Shown: piece after piece, positions 1 through 12,810 of the stretch
Position numbering within the stretch: position 1 is the stretch's first letter
Layout: each line of letters starts with the position of its first letter
NCBI GenBank assembly: GCA_963575745.1
Contig: CAUYUJ010000170.1
Location: forward strand, 620,001-666,939
Length of the DNA: 46,939 nucleotides
Direction of reading: 5' to 3'
Origin: Prorocentrum cordatum
Lineage: Eukaryota
Notes under the pieces: model-generated
Databases searched by the model: none
What the model was told of the DNA's origin: nothing
The model's input: the letters and a program-made list of their open reading frames with translations, nothing else
Translations under genes and position numbers: made by a program

Positions 1-90
1 AGAGTTTCAGGGATGGAGGGCGGTTCCTTTTTTAAATGTGGCTCTCGCTTCAGCGCCGCGCACATTCGTTTTAAGAGTTTTCAGCAGTCT
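1..90 (-). repeat. Partial reverse copy of the ~83-bp unit
   Basis: AAATGTGGCTCTCGCTTCAGCGCCGCGCACATTCGTTTTAA is the reverse complement of the unit. Confidence 0.85.
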
Positions 91-844
91 TGATTATTCT
101 TAAGAGCGTCCTGGGCGTGTTTTTTTGTCGTTTTGATTTTTGGGTTCTTGACACGCTAAATACGCCAACACAATTCGACGCGTTTTAAGCGTTTTTAGCT
201 TAGTTGTTGCTTCACGTTTTCAGGCCCGTCGTCCTGGATCATATTTTTTGGGGGCTTTTTTTGCTTTCTGGTCGAAGGCTGTTCCTCCTTTTCCCTGCTG
301 TCTTCGCTCCCGCTTTTTCGCTTCTGCCGCCGTTTTCCCTCTCAGAGCTCAAAACGTTGAACTGAGGACGTTGTAGACGGCAGTGTAAACAATTCAACCA
401 CCTTCTCGAATAACGCAAAAGAAAACGCAGCTAACAGCGCGAAACTGTTTGTTTGTTTTGTAGCGTTTTTTGTTTCCTTGTTGGGAGCTAAATTTTATTA
501 TAGCATGATTTCCAACACGCGGGGTAAACGCCCTGGGCATATTTAAGAAGAGCCCGGCTCTCATGGTTAACGCCACAGAAATGGCATTTTGGCACGATGT
601 CGGACCGTCAGGGCGCAGCAGTTACGTTGATTCGTGGTGTTGAAGTCCCAGGAAAAATGTTCTGGCACGATTCAGGTTAATCAAGACGCACTAGTAATGG
701 CAATTCGTTTGCGGTGTTCAAGTTCCAGGAATGGTGTTCTGGCGGAGTTCCGGATTTTCAAACGGCTGTTTTCCAAAGGGGCACTTCCTTCAATGAAAGT
801 GAATCCATGTAGGGGCCCATGAAGAGGGAGCTTGGAAGGAAGGT

Positions 845-1645
845 TTATTCAATCGCTTCGCTCCTTCCGCCGGCCGTGCCATCGCAGGCGTTTGCCTGCG
901 CGTTCGTGGCCTCTTGGGGCCTCTTGGGGGCCGTTTGGGGGCTTCTTTTTGGGTCTCTTGTGGGCCTCGTGGGGCCTTCAGGGGGCCTCCTGGGCTCTTG
1001 GGGGCCTCTTGGGGCCTGCTGCGGGCCTCTTGGGGCGGAAGGCTCGAATTGGTGATTCGTGTTCCCCCTCTTGGGCCCCTCTTGGGGCCGTCTTGGGGCC
1101 CTCTTGCGATCTTGGGCGCCTCTGGGGCCGTTTTGAGGCCCTCTTGGACCGTCTTGGGGCCCTCTTGGGGCGGTCTTGGGGGCCTCTGAGGCCCTCTTGG
1201 AGTGTCGGAAGTTCGAAAACGCGATAACGCGAAAGACATAGAGAAAACACAAGGTGACGCCATTTTTTGTGTGTTTCTTTTGGCCTCTTTGAGGTCCTCT
1301 TGGAGCGCTCTTGGGGCTTCTTTGGGGCCTCGTGGGCCATCGTGGGGCCATCTTGGGCGTCTCGGAGCGCTCTTGGGTCGTGATTCCGATTCGTAGGCCC
1401 TTTTCGAGCTGCCTTGCGGTTCCTTGGGCCGCTCCTGGGGCGATCTGGAGGGCCTCGAAAACCGCCCCCGGGAGTTCCGGTATCCTTGAGCGGACCTTGC
1501 CGGGACCTTGCCGGCACCTTGCCGGGAGTCGGCCGGGGTTGTCTTCGATTGGGGACCCCAGGGGCTGGCCCCCGCGCGCGAACTAGAATACATAGATATA
1601 CCAGGAGATTTTAGCACGCCTCTGGCCCGTTGGGCCAGCGAATTG
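845..1645 (+). repeat. Dispersed repeat built of ~11-bp GGGGCCTCTTG units, ending in a hairpin
   Basis: Array at 905-1380; hairpin CTGGCCC-GTT-GGGCCAG at 1622-1638. Related copies occur from 31830 to 38700. Confidence 0.85.
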
Positions 1646-1674
1646 CAATATCGTTGATGGGTCCTGGGCTTGTC

Positions 1675-2186
<512 letters not shown>

Positions 2187-2329
2187 TTGCCGCCAGGCCT
2201 CGGACCGTGTCGTCGCCGTCCTCGCCACCATCGCCGTCTTCGTCCAGGCTTGCTTGCGAGGCCGGATGTTGCACGCGCTCTTGTAAGACACGCCCAGGAG
2301 CGACTCTGTGTATGAGGGTGGGGGCGGAG

Positions 2330-3620
2330 ACATATTGTATCGTGCTCTACACGTCACGTGGCAACGCTTGCGGGGCGGCAATCGAAGTTCCAAGGTACTC
2401 GCTGCTTGGCAACGCAAGGGGGTGGAGCAATCGCAAGTTTACGTTTGCCAGGTGGCAACGCAGGGCGGCGACACCAGGTTTTGTTTTGCTTTACCCGGCA
2501 GGTGGCAACGCCAGCGGGCAAACAACAAGTACCGTTCTACTCTATTCGCCACGCGGCAACCATGTTGTTCTAGTCGTCATGTGGCGAACGCAGGGGGGAG
2601 GGCAAAACAAATATGATTCGTCTGTACTCCACGAGAGCGGTATATGGGGAAATGCTTCGGCGATGGTGCTGACGATGACGACAGCGACGGCGATAACGAG
2701 AACGACGACGATAACAACGACGACGACGACGACGGCGGTGACGACGGCGGCGGCGGCGGTGGCGGCGGCAGCGGCGGCGGCGGCAGCGGCGGCGGCGAAA
2801 ACGTCGCAGCGAACCACCGGCCGCGCGCCCGCACGCCAGCCCGCGCCTCCGACAGCCCGCTCGCCCGCTTTTCCGCCCGTCCGCGCGACCGCCCGCCCGC
2901 CCGCCCGCGCGCCCGCCCACTCGCGCGCTGGGCCGCTCGCCTGGCCGCCCACCCGCCCGCTCCCTCAATCGCCCGCCCGCTAGCTCGCTCGCTCGTTCAC
3001 CCGGCCGTGCGCCCGTCCGTTCGCCCGGCCAGTCGCCCGCCCGCTCGCCCGCCCGCCCGCCCGCGCGACCGTGCCCCCGCCCGCGCGCTCGCCCGCCCGC
3101 CCGGCACGCCCGCCGGCTCGCCCGGCCTCCTGGCTGCAGGGCCTCCCGCGCGGCCAGTAAACGGGGAAGAGCACTTGACGGCTTCCATGAGCCATCCGAT
3201 GTCGGCGCCACCCCAACATACTTCTACTATGTGTGCGTCGCCCCCCCCCAGGGGCGACGCGCGCACCGAGAAATCTGATAGTATATGCGTCGTGGCGGGC
3301 GCCTTCTGGCCACACCGCTCGGGAAACTATCGTAATTATATTTTGAGAGCACTATGTCTACTATGTGCTTCCACTCCTTGCGTTGCCACATGATGAGTAA
3401 AGTAGAGCAGTACCGTTTCCACCCTGGATGTTGCCACGTGGGGGGGATGATGGGATAGTATGGTTTTCGCGCCACCAGGCGTTGCCGTGTGATGGGTGGA
3501 GGAGAATAGCTTCTTTCCAGCCTCCCTGCATTGCCACGTGAATCGGATACCTAGGATCGTATTGTTGTCGCCCCCCCACCCCCCCACGCATTGCCATGTT
3601 ACGAGTAACATCGGATGGTA
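2330..3620. repeat. Two oppositely oriented arrays of a ~48-bp unit (core GTGGCAACGC) around (GAC/GGC)n and (CCCG)n tracts
   Basis: Cores at about 2358, 2407, 2452, 2502 and 2581 (+); GC(G/A)TTGCCAC-like cores at about 3380, 3428, 3479, 3527 and 3587. Confidence 0.75.
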
Positions 3621-5284
3621 TTGCTTCGGACTGGGGAAGTCCACAGCATGGGGGGGAGCTCTCGTAGGGCGACAAAGGAGGGGATGAGGAGAAGCTTCGA
3701 CTGGAGATGTAGAACGGAGGAGGGGTAGCTTGTGGGCAGCGGGGGGAAGGGGGGGGTCGGGGAGCAAAAGCTTGGGAGGTGTGGGGGGTAGTTTCTGGAA
3801 CGCGAAAGATGGGGAGGGGGGGCCTTCCTGTTGGGGCAGTAAGAGGTAGGAGGGGGCGGTAGCTTGCAGATGCCGCGGGGGAACGGGGGGAGGGGGGGGG
3901 GGGGGCTTCGGGTTGGGGAGGCCAACGACAGGAGGAAGGTTGCCCCCCCCCAGAGGTCAAAAAGGGAGGCAAGGGGGGAGCTTCCGGATGGGGAGTTGCG
4001 TGGGGGGGGGTGAGCGGTAGCTTGCAGGAGCCGCGGCGCAAGGGTGGTTTGCGCGGGGGGGGGGGGGTCTTTCGGTCGGGGAGCAAAGGGGGGAAGGGGG
4101 GGGGGGGAGTTTCCGGAGCTCGGAAAAAGGGTATGCAGTGAAGCCTCTCTGATTGTCTGGCAGCGCGAGCTTCGAAGGGCTCCTCCCATCATCACCTCTA
4201 TGTTCGGCCAGCTGTTCGGACCCATGTGCCCACCCATTGTGTCGGCACCGCGCTGGCACCTGTCTGGCGAGCGTTCGGGCTTACGATCACCTCGCGCAGG
4301 CTGGATCGGGCGACATGTTGGATATTCAAGGTGCAATGATTTTTGAATTGCACTGGGAAGCGAGTGCCTTCTCTTATTGTCAGTCATTGCCGTTCATGTC
4401 TATTTGAAGGCGTACGGCCTGTAGGACGCACCAACTTTGCACCGAGCTTTGCAGCCCAACAAACCCTCAGGAATGGTAGCCCAGAGCCTCTCTTCAGGAG
4501 AGTTTCTGAAGGGCCTCCGACCTCACCAGTCCCTCTCTTCCAAATAGCATATGATAGTACTGGACACGCTTGGACCCCGAGCTTCTTGAACAGGCCGGCG
4601 CGACCTCCTCCTCTTCCTCCTCTTCCTCCTCTTCCTCATCCTCCTCCTCTTCCTCCTCCTCCTTCTCCTCCTCCCCTTCCCCCCTCCCTCCATTCCTTCC
4701 CTTGCCTTCCGCATGCTCATTTGTGCATGCCCGTCCGCATGGTGGCCCCGCACCCCTGTCCGCACGCCACACACGTTTCGTGGCCCCAGGGCCCCAGGGG
4801 AAGCTCCGCCGAAGGCTCCAGGGGCAGGGTCCGCATGGCGACCCCGTACCCCTGTCGGCCCACCCCTCACACGTTTCGTGGCCCCATGGGGAGCTCCACC
4901 GAAGACGTCAGCGGGAGGGTCCCCATGGCGGCCCCGCACCGATTTCGGCTTACACGCTTCGTGGCCGCATAGGGAGCTGCCCCTCGTTCTTCTCACCTGC
5001 CTTGCGTCACTCGACCCGCATATGCCTGGATCCTCCGCGCGGGTAAACTTGGACAGCCCATGTGTTCTCGAGGACATTGGCGCCTTCAGGGTCAAGATGG
5101 GGCGCACCACATCCAGGGGCAGAAATCGGGCTCAGACCATGGCGTTACAGCCTGATCAGGTAGGCACGTGTCATCAGGGCCGACTGAACTGAGGGCAGCG
5201 TGCCCGCTTCAGTGGAATATCTAGGGATCATCATCGGCATCATCGGCATCATGAACACGAGCATTACCAGCGTCTTCATCCTCG

Positions 5285-5326
<42 letters not shown>

Positions 5327-5775
5327 GCACCATTATTATTTGCCATCGTTGTCAGCATCCGTATCCTCTGACGGAGGGAAGAGGGACTTCCACGCATCGG
5401 CTGCATTTTATCATGGTACACCGTGCCCACGACTGTGTAGGTGTCATCATTCTCGATTCGTGCGGCAACGAGTGCTACGGCAGAGGTTGCTATCAAGTCC
5501 GCCATGGCACAGGTAATGTCCAACGTATCAAAGGACGGTGCAAGCGCATATGAGGCCGTGGCACCAGGTGCAGGCCTCGGGGCTGGTAGCTCACATTCGA
5601 GCGAACCCCAGCCAAGCCTGGTGAGAGGGAACCTGTCCAGCGGGAACGCTTCGTGTGCGGCATGTGGCGGCCGGGCCAGCAGGGATGCGACGCAGAAGAA
5701 AGACCGCCCTCGTCTCAATATCATCCGTGATCGGCTCGAGCGCGTGGCCCCCCACCAGGTCGCGACAGTGCCAGG

Positions 5776-5991
5776 ATGGCCGCCGAGACTGGCGAGCGCG
5801 CCGCGCCCGCGCTCTCCAGCGAGCCGGCCGCCGCCACGGCGGCCGCTGCCCGCGGCGGGCGCGGCAGGTGCCCGGTGGAGTTCGCGGCGCTGCTCGGACA
5901 CACGGCGGTGGCGGCCATGCTGTGGGGGGGCTATTTCGTCGTGGTCGTGCAGCCCGCGCTCGATCTGGAGGGGCGAAGGGCGGCGGCAGGC
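5776..5991 (+). CDS. Candidate upstream exon (transmembrane segment) of the RING-H2 gene
   Basis: GC3-rich ORF MAAETGER...EFAALLGHTAVAAMLWGGYFVVVVQPALDL ending at GCAG|GC or GGC|GTGAGT. Link to the RING exons is inferred. Confidence 0.5.
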
Positions 5992-6025
5992 GTGAGTGCC
6001 GGCGCGGGCCCCGAGTCCCAAGTCC

Positions 6026-6938
6026 CGAGGAAGAGGAGGAGGAGGAGGATGAGGAGGAGGAGGAGGAGGAGCAGGACGAGGAGGAGGAGCAGGAGGAGGA
6101 GGAGGAGGAGGAGGAGGAGGAGGAGAAGGAGGCAGGAGGAGGAGGAGGAGGAGGAGGAGGAGGAGGAGGAGGATGAGGAGGAGGAGGAGAGGAGGAGGAG
6201 GAGGAGGAGGAGGAGGAGGAGGAGGAGGAGGAGGAGGAGGAGGAGGAGGAGGAGAGGAGGTGAGGAGGATGATGATGATGATGATGAGGAGGAGGAGGAG
6301 GAGAAGGAGGAAGAAGAATAATGATACTAATAATACTACTAATGATAATCGTACTCATTACACTAACAAGAAGAAGAAAGGGAGGAGGTGGAGGGGGAGG
6401 AGGAGAAGGAGGAGGAGGAGGAGGAAGGAGGAGGAGGAGGAGGCCTGTGTGGTGCAGGCTATGTGATGCATCGTGGGGCACCGCCCATCGGGCACCATGG
6501 CAAGATCGGGCAGTTGTAACTTTCGGGACGTCACAAGGCACGAGCCATAGAACATCACCCTTAGGGCACTCCCTCCCTTCCTCCCCCCCTCCCTCCTCCT
6601 CCCCCTCCTCCTCCTTCTCCCCCTTCTCCTCCTCCTCCTCCTCCTCCTCCTCCTCCTCCTCCGCCTCCTCGTCCTTCTCCTCCTCCGCTCCTCGTCAGGA
6701 GAGGGAGAGGAGGAACGAGCCACCGCGGCAGCCAGTGCATCGTGTGTCGCCAGTCACACAGCACAGCCACCAGTGCACCAGGGCAAGAGCGAGCACTTGC
6801 AATACTCAAGACATCATGGGGGCCAGCTAGAGGAGGAGGATGAGGCGGAGGAGGAGGAGGAGGGGGAGGAGGTGGAGGGGGAGGAGGAGGAGGAGGAGGA
6901 GGAGGAGGAGGAGGAGGAGGAGGAGGAGGAGGAGGAGG
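6026..6938. repeat. (GAG)n and (CTC)n microsatellite blocks
   Basis: Directly visible. Confidence 0.95.
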
Positions 6939-7277
6939 AACACCACTCATGTGGCATCACTGCAGGAATAACACATCGCAACATGCATTTCCAACTCCTG
7001 CCAAAAGATGTAAGAACCCCGTGGTGCAAGCACAGCTCGGGGAATACACGTCGGAGGTCCGCGCGGATTTCTGGTCGGCGCTTCGGGTCGGCGCTATACC
7101 CCCCCCCCGCACCCCTGGCGGCACCCTCAGCGCCGAGTGAGGGACGTGGTGTCCAGAGCCGACCCAAGAAAGCCACGCGAAACCTTCACGCTTGCTCCGT
7201 TCTTTGCCTTTCTGAGTCACGAGCTGGTCCGACTGGGCCCTCCCTGCGGGGTTCTGGAGTGGCGTGTCTTCCATCAG

Positions 7278-7477
7278 AATGACCAGCTGGCCATGGGCGT
7301 TTGCAGATTGACCGTCTTCGGCTGCCTCCTTTTCGCCGTCGTCCGCTTGCTGACGTGCGTCCAGTCGATCGGCACGCGCTTGGAGACGGCACAGAGCGGT
7401 GCGCTCGGGCTCTTGCAGTGGGGCTTTGCCGTGACGATCTTGCACGGGCCGTTGGTCATCTTCTCGGGAGGATCAAG
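7278..7477 (+). CDS. Candidate exon with two hydrophobic segments (RING-H2 gene)
   Basis: CAG|NDQLAMGVCRLTVFGCLLFAVVRLL...GLLQWGFAVTILHGPLVIFSG. Possible GA donors at 7471 or 7478; the latter is phase-compatible with the 11300 exon. Confidence 0.5.
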
Positions 7478-7799
7478 GACGATGAAACGGCACAACCATA
7501 AACATCCAGAGCTCCGCGCGGAGCGTCCGAGATTTTATGTTTCTGCCGATCCCTGCTCCTCCAGAGGATCTTTGTGCCTCTGGTCGCAGGCGATCGCGGG
7601 CCCTGCCGTGTGCGACGACGAGGATCAGGGTCGTCTAACCGACCCCCATCCCCCACTGGGCCGTGACTTCTCGGCCCCACTAGCCCGCCCCCGCAGGCGG
7701 GGACAGGCCCCGCGAAGCCCGAAGGGAGCATCATATCCCCGCCTGTCGAGTAGGGGTTGGCTACAGGGTTGGCATGCCCCAGCGTTTTGTGGTGTTTGT

Positions 7800-7841
7800 T
7801 CTTGTTGCTGTTGTCGTTGTTGTTGTTGTAGTTGCTGTTGC

Positions 7842-7918
<77 letters not shown>

Positions 7919-7930
7919 TTGTTGTTGTGG

Positions 7931-7974
<44 letters not shown>

Positions 7975-8022
7975 GCTGTTGCCGTCGGTGTTGCCGTTGT
8001 TGTTGTTGTTGTTGTTGTTGTT
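7800..8022. repeat. (GTT)n microsatellite; another at 9585-9985
   Basis: Directly visible. Confidence 0.97.
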
Positions 8023-8143
8023 GAACTCTAATTACTGAAGAATAATTATTGTTGATCCCCCCCCCTCCGGCGGACATTGTATTTTTCAATTGAAGTGCCC
8101 CTTCCGGGGCTCGCACCCTGTTTTTTATCAGGGAAAGTCGTGG

Positions 8144-8590
8144 GCATCAAACTGCGTTGTTGGCCCCCCGGACTACAACAACAACGGCTCCCGCCTGATA
8201 CTTCCTCCACATTTACTCAGGACCCCCGCCGAGGCGCTCCCGCCTGAGACTTCCTCGCAAATTACTCCGGACCCCCGCCCCCGCCTGGGACTTCCTCGCA
8301 GTTTACTCAGGCGGAGGCGCTCCCGCCTGAGACTTCCTCGCAAATTACTCCGGGAGCGGCGCTCCCGCCTGGGACCTCCCTCACAACTGAGCATCAAACT
8401 GTGTTGTTGGCCCCCCGGACTACAACAACAACGGCTCCCGCCTGATACTTCCTCCACATTTACTCCGGACCCCCGCCCCCACCTGGGACTTCCTCGCAGT
8501 TTACTCAGGCGGAGGCGCTCCCGCCTGAGACCTCCTCGCACATTACTCCGGGAGCGGCGCTCCCGCCTGGGACCTCCCTCACAACTGAGC
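8144..8590 (+). repeat. Higher-order minisatellite: ~35-bp units (CTCCCGCCTGAGACTTCCTCGCAAATTACTC) within a ~250-bp duplication
   Basis: GCATCAAACTG.GTTGTTGGCCCCCCGGACTACAACAACAACGG at 8144 and 8391. Flanked by TACTGAAGAATAATT.TT.TTGATCCCCCCC at about 8033 and 8607. Confidence 0.9.
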
Positions 8591-9634
8591 CCTGCTGAAT
8601 TCTCAATACTGAAGAATAATTCTTCTTGATCCCCCCCGGCGGACTTCGATCCTCCCCGCCTCCCTCCCTCCTCCTCCCTTCTCCCTCCCCTCTCCTGCCT
8701 CCCTCCTCCGTCCTCCCGTCTGCCTCCTCCCTCCCCTCTCCTGCCTCCTTCCTCCTCCCTCCTGTTTCTCCTCTCTCCTTCCTCGTCCCTCCTCCAAACT
8801 CCCTCCTCCCTCCCTTCCTCCCCCCTCTCTCTTTCTCTCCCTCTCTCTCTCTCTCTCTTTCTCCCTCTAAATCGTCCTCCCCCCTCCGCGTCCCGTCCCT
8901 CCTAGCATCTTCCCTCCTCCCTCGTCCCTCCCTGCTCCCTTCCCTCCTCCCTCGTCCCTCCGCCCGCCCTTCCAAAGAGAAATAATCCCCCTAAAGGGGG
9001 TACGTTCGAATACTAAGAGACTAAGAGGGCGGGTATCGAGGGTGTGCCTCGTGATTCATTCAGGATTCACCCTTTAGTCACCCGCCCGCCAGGTTTCGCC
9101 CGCCCGATCCGCCTGTTACAGCCCGCCCGTTCGCTCTCTTGGCATCTCGCCCGCCCGCTTTAAGCCACCGCCCGCCCGACCCGCCAGCGAGGGTCCGCCG
9201 CCCGACCCGTCCGTTGGCGTCCGCCCGCCCCGCCAGCCCGACCCGCCCCTCAGAGTCCGCCGCTCGACCCGTCTGTCTGGTTCGTCCGTTTGTTTACCTC
9301 CTCTTTTGCCCCCCTCCCCTCCTGCTAACCTCTTTCGTCCTCCATCCATCCTCCCCCCCTTGCCCCTTCCCTCCTCCCTCCCTCCCCCCACTCTTTTCCT
9401 CCTCGCTCTCCCTTCCTCCTTCCCCCTGCTCTTCCTGTTTTAGGGGCTGCGCCAACTACACGTGGCGAGTAAAAAAGATATACCCCCAAAGGGGTATGAC
9501 CGAAGACGAAGAGGGTGGGTATCGAGGGTTTGGGATTTACATATTGAGTGACGCGCGCGCATATAAGAGCGGTCAGTCTTAAGATGATTGTTGTTGTTGT
9601 TGTTGTTGATATTATTAGTGTTATTGTTATTGTT

Positions 9635-9673
<39 letters not shown>

Positions 9674-9828
9674 ACTGTCGTCGTTGTTGTTATTGCTGTT
9701 GTTGATGTTGTTGCTGTTGTTGTTGTTGTGGTTGTTGGTGTTGATGTGATTGTTGTTGTTGTTGGTGTTGCTGGTGTTGGTGTTGTGGTTGTTGTTGTCG
9801 TCGTTATCGTTGTCGTTGCTGCTGCTGC

Positions 9829-9892
<64 letters not shown>

Positions 9893-9898
9893 GATGTG

Positions 9899-9940
<42 letters not shown>

Positions 9941-10536
9941 GATGTGATTGTTGTTGTTGTCGTCGTCGCTGTTGTTGTGTTGTTGCGTCTACACACAAAC
10001 GTATGTGTACATACTTATTGCTCGGATTGTTATGTTTCATCTTCTTCCCCCGAATCCATGATCACACGAGTACACGGCCCGTTCGTCTACGAGCGTCCGG
10101 GGATGTTTGTTGGAAGAGCCCACGAGGACATCAGCTTTGGGGTACAGCAAGTCTGTCGTCGATCCCCTACTCGAGCCTGGGGGGGGGGGGGGTCAAGTTG
10201 GTCTCCTGGGGCCACGGCCACGCACGGGCACGCGCGCGCGCGTTCGTGAGCACGCGCGCCCATCGGGGGGGCAGGGCGGGGCAGCGTGCGCGTCGGCTGG
10301 ACGAGGGGGCGCCCGACAGGGCGGCCGTGCTTTTTTGGGGCGCTCCCCTCCCCTGCGCTTCGTCCTCGGCCTCTGGAGGCCCCCTGGGGCGGGTCCCAGG
10401 TCCGAGGCGGGGGAGCCCCTGGTTCTTGCTTTTCCTCGAGAGCCCCGAGGCGAGAGCGAGGGCTCTGGCCTCGAGGTGGGCCCTGCGGAATGCAGGCAGG
10501 AATGCGGACGTTTCCTGGGTGGGTATCTGGGGATTT

Positions 10537-10938
10537 GAGGAGGAGGAGGGTGAGGAGGATGAGGAGGAGGAGGAGGAGGAAGAGGAGGAGGAGGAGGAGG
10601 ACAAGGACAAGGACAAGGACAAGGACAAGGACAAGGACAAGGACAAGGACAAGGACAAGGACAAGGACAAGGACAAGGACAAGGACAAGGACAAGGCCGT
10701 TGGGGGTCTTGGTCTGTGCCTGTTCCTGAGCACTATGACCTCTGGGTGAATATGGATGCAGGCCCCTGGACCTTCGCCTAGGGGCATGAGGAGGATGATG
10801 AGGAGGAGGAGAGGAGGAGATGGAGGAGGATGAGGAATCTGATGATGATGCTGATGATGATGCTGATGCTGCTGCTGATGATGATGCTGGTGATGCTGCT
10901 GCTGATGATGATGATAGTAATGATGATGCTGATGATGC

Positions 10939-10970
<32 letters not shown>

Positions 10971-11070
10971 TTGATGCTGATGCTGATGATGATGCTGGTG
11001 ATGATGCTGATGATGCTGATGATGATACTGATGCTGATGCTGCTGATGATGAGGAGGTGGAGGAGGAGGG
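10537..11070. repeat. (GAG)n, (GACAAG)n hexamer and (GAT/GCT)n repeats
   Basis: Directly visible; hexamer array at 10600-10695. Confidence 0.95.
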
Positions 11071-11299
11071 GCTCTTTGTGACGAACGCATACTTCCTCAC
11101 TCCCTTAGGTACTGCGTGGCGAGCGTATACTTAGAGCCACTGTGCTTACTTCTTCATACTTGTCTCTCACGCCCATGTCCTTTTAAGTCTGTCCTCTTGC
11201 CTCGCACACTGTGTTGCACGCTACGCCTGGGTCGGCGTAATAACGCACGTTTCTACCAGCTGAACGCGACAGCCTTGACGCCTTGTCCAGCGTAACAAG

Positions 11300-11463
11300 G
11301 GAGCTGGGATCGGTGCAGCGGTGCTCAAAGGAGCTGCGCGGGGCGCTGTCTCTGTTTGCCCAGTGGGGCCTCGTGGTCGCCGTGGCCTGCTGCGCGCTGG
11401 TCGCCTGGCACGCGAGGCTGGCGAAGCTGCCCGGGAGGCCGGCCGCGGAGACGAGCCAGATCG
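11300..11463 (+). CDS. Candidate exon with transmembrane segment (RING-H2 gene)
   Basis: AAG|G acceptor; ELGSVQRCSKELRGALSLFAQWGLVVAVACCALVAWHARLAKLPG; G|GC donor. GC3-rich island between repeats. Confidence 0.55.
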
Positions 11464-12339
11464 GCTGCGCGCGAGAGTGGCCCTTCGCCAGAGTGGCCTT
11501 CGGAGGCACGCGTGCCCTGCAGTGTGTTCGGGAGGGCGAGAGAGAAAAACATGCTCGTGTTCGGGTGTTCGCAACGGGTTCGCCAGCGGTTCGGGGCCAT
11601 CCGTTCGCGAGCTCCGAGGCCCCCGGGAGGCCTTGTCCACGGCCGCTCGGCCGACGCACTGCTGCAAACAGCCGCACTGAGCAGGGGTCTGGGGCCAGAC
11701 CCCCCCTCGCCGCCCCCCCTTCCGCCCAATATCGAACCGCTGAATCCCTGAGATCCGACGTTGCAACAAAGTTGCAACATCGCAGAAAATTACGTCCGGA
11801 GCCCCAGGCCCCATCTTTCTCCGCTATTTTTCGAGCCGGACCGATCTGTGAGGGTCCCGCGGTCCGGCATGGAGCGAAAACGCCCGTTGAGAAAAAATTG
11901 CAACGCCAGGATCTCAGGGATATGGGAGGATGAGGACGAGGGAAGGTGGGGAGGAGGAGGAGTGGATGAGGAGGGGGATGAGCGGGAAGAGGAGGAGGTT
12001 GAGGAGGAGGAGGAGGAGGAGGAGGACCAGTGTAAACCCAAGAGCCATCAACGATGTTGGAATACACCCTCCCTCCAAACTCCCTCTTCATAGGCCCCCA
12101 CAACGGTTCATTTCCATTGAGGGATCTGCCTCGTTGGAAGACAACTGTTTGAAGACCCGGAAGCATGCCAAACCATTGTTGTCCGGATTCCAACGCCACG
12201 GATCAACCTGATTGTTGCGTCTTGATAATCCTGGATTGTGTCAGAACGCCGTTCTTGGGATTTCATCACCGTCAATCAACGTTATTGTTGCACCCGCAAA
12301 ATCCTGAATCCTTCAAAGCGCCATTTCTGGTACGAAGAT

Positions 12340-12810
12340 CGTGGGAATCCGTGAAACTCTTGTAAATTGTATGAACGAATGTGCGCGGCGTTAAGGCGAG
12401 AGCCGCATTTTGAAAAGGAACCGCCCTCAATCCGTGAAGATCTGGCATTTTTTAAAGCGAATGTGTGCGGCGCTAAGGCGAGAGCCACATTTTGAAAACG
12501 GGTTATTCTCAATCCGTGAAGCTCCTTGCACATTTTTAAAACGAATGTGCGCTGCGCTCAGGCGAAAGCCACATTGAAAACGGGTTATCGTTAATCCGCG
12601 AAGCTCTTGCAAACGTTTAGAATGAGTATGCACGGCGCTAAGGCGAGAGCGACATTTTGAAAACGACCCGCCCTCCATCTGTGAAGCCGTTGCCAATTTT
12701 TAAGCTTCAGCGTCATAGATGGTGAGGAAGTCTCAGGCGAAACGCCTGGCCCGCCCTGAAAACTTGCCTCGGGGTGCGACGAGGAGAAGTTATGTTTAAG
12801 GAAAAAGGAA
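12340..12810 (+). repeat. Repeat element with four ~83-bp tandem units and a conserved terminal block
   Basis: Unit GAATGTGCGCGGCGCTAAGGCGAGAGCCACATTTTGAAAA... starting near 12377, 12460, 12543 and 12623. Confidence 0.9.

Noticed and set aside
790..1520. Pro/Arg/Gly-rich overlapping ORFs (also 31700-38750)
   Set aside because: Translations of the 11-bp GGCCTCTTGG repeat, open in many frames on both strands.
2330..2600. CRISPR-like repeat/spacer appearance
   Set aside because: Cores are only ~10 bp and degenerate, intervening sequences are partly related, there are no cas genes, and the context is eukaryotic.
4130..4580. Non-repetitive island, possibly an old retroelement fragment
   Set aside because: Multiple stops and no identifiable motif.
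10071..10141. Possible extra exon VHGPFVYERPGMFVGRAHEDISFG
   Set aside because: Phase fits one upstream donor but not the downstream acceptor; no recognisable motif.
12398..12660. GCCACATTTTG resembling the spliced leader
   Set aside because: Lacks GCTCAAG and is an internal part of the 83-bp tandem unit.
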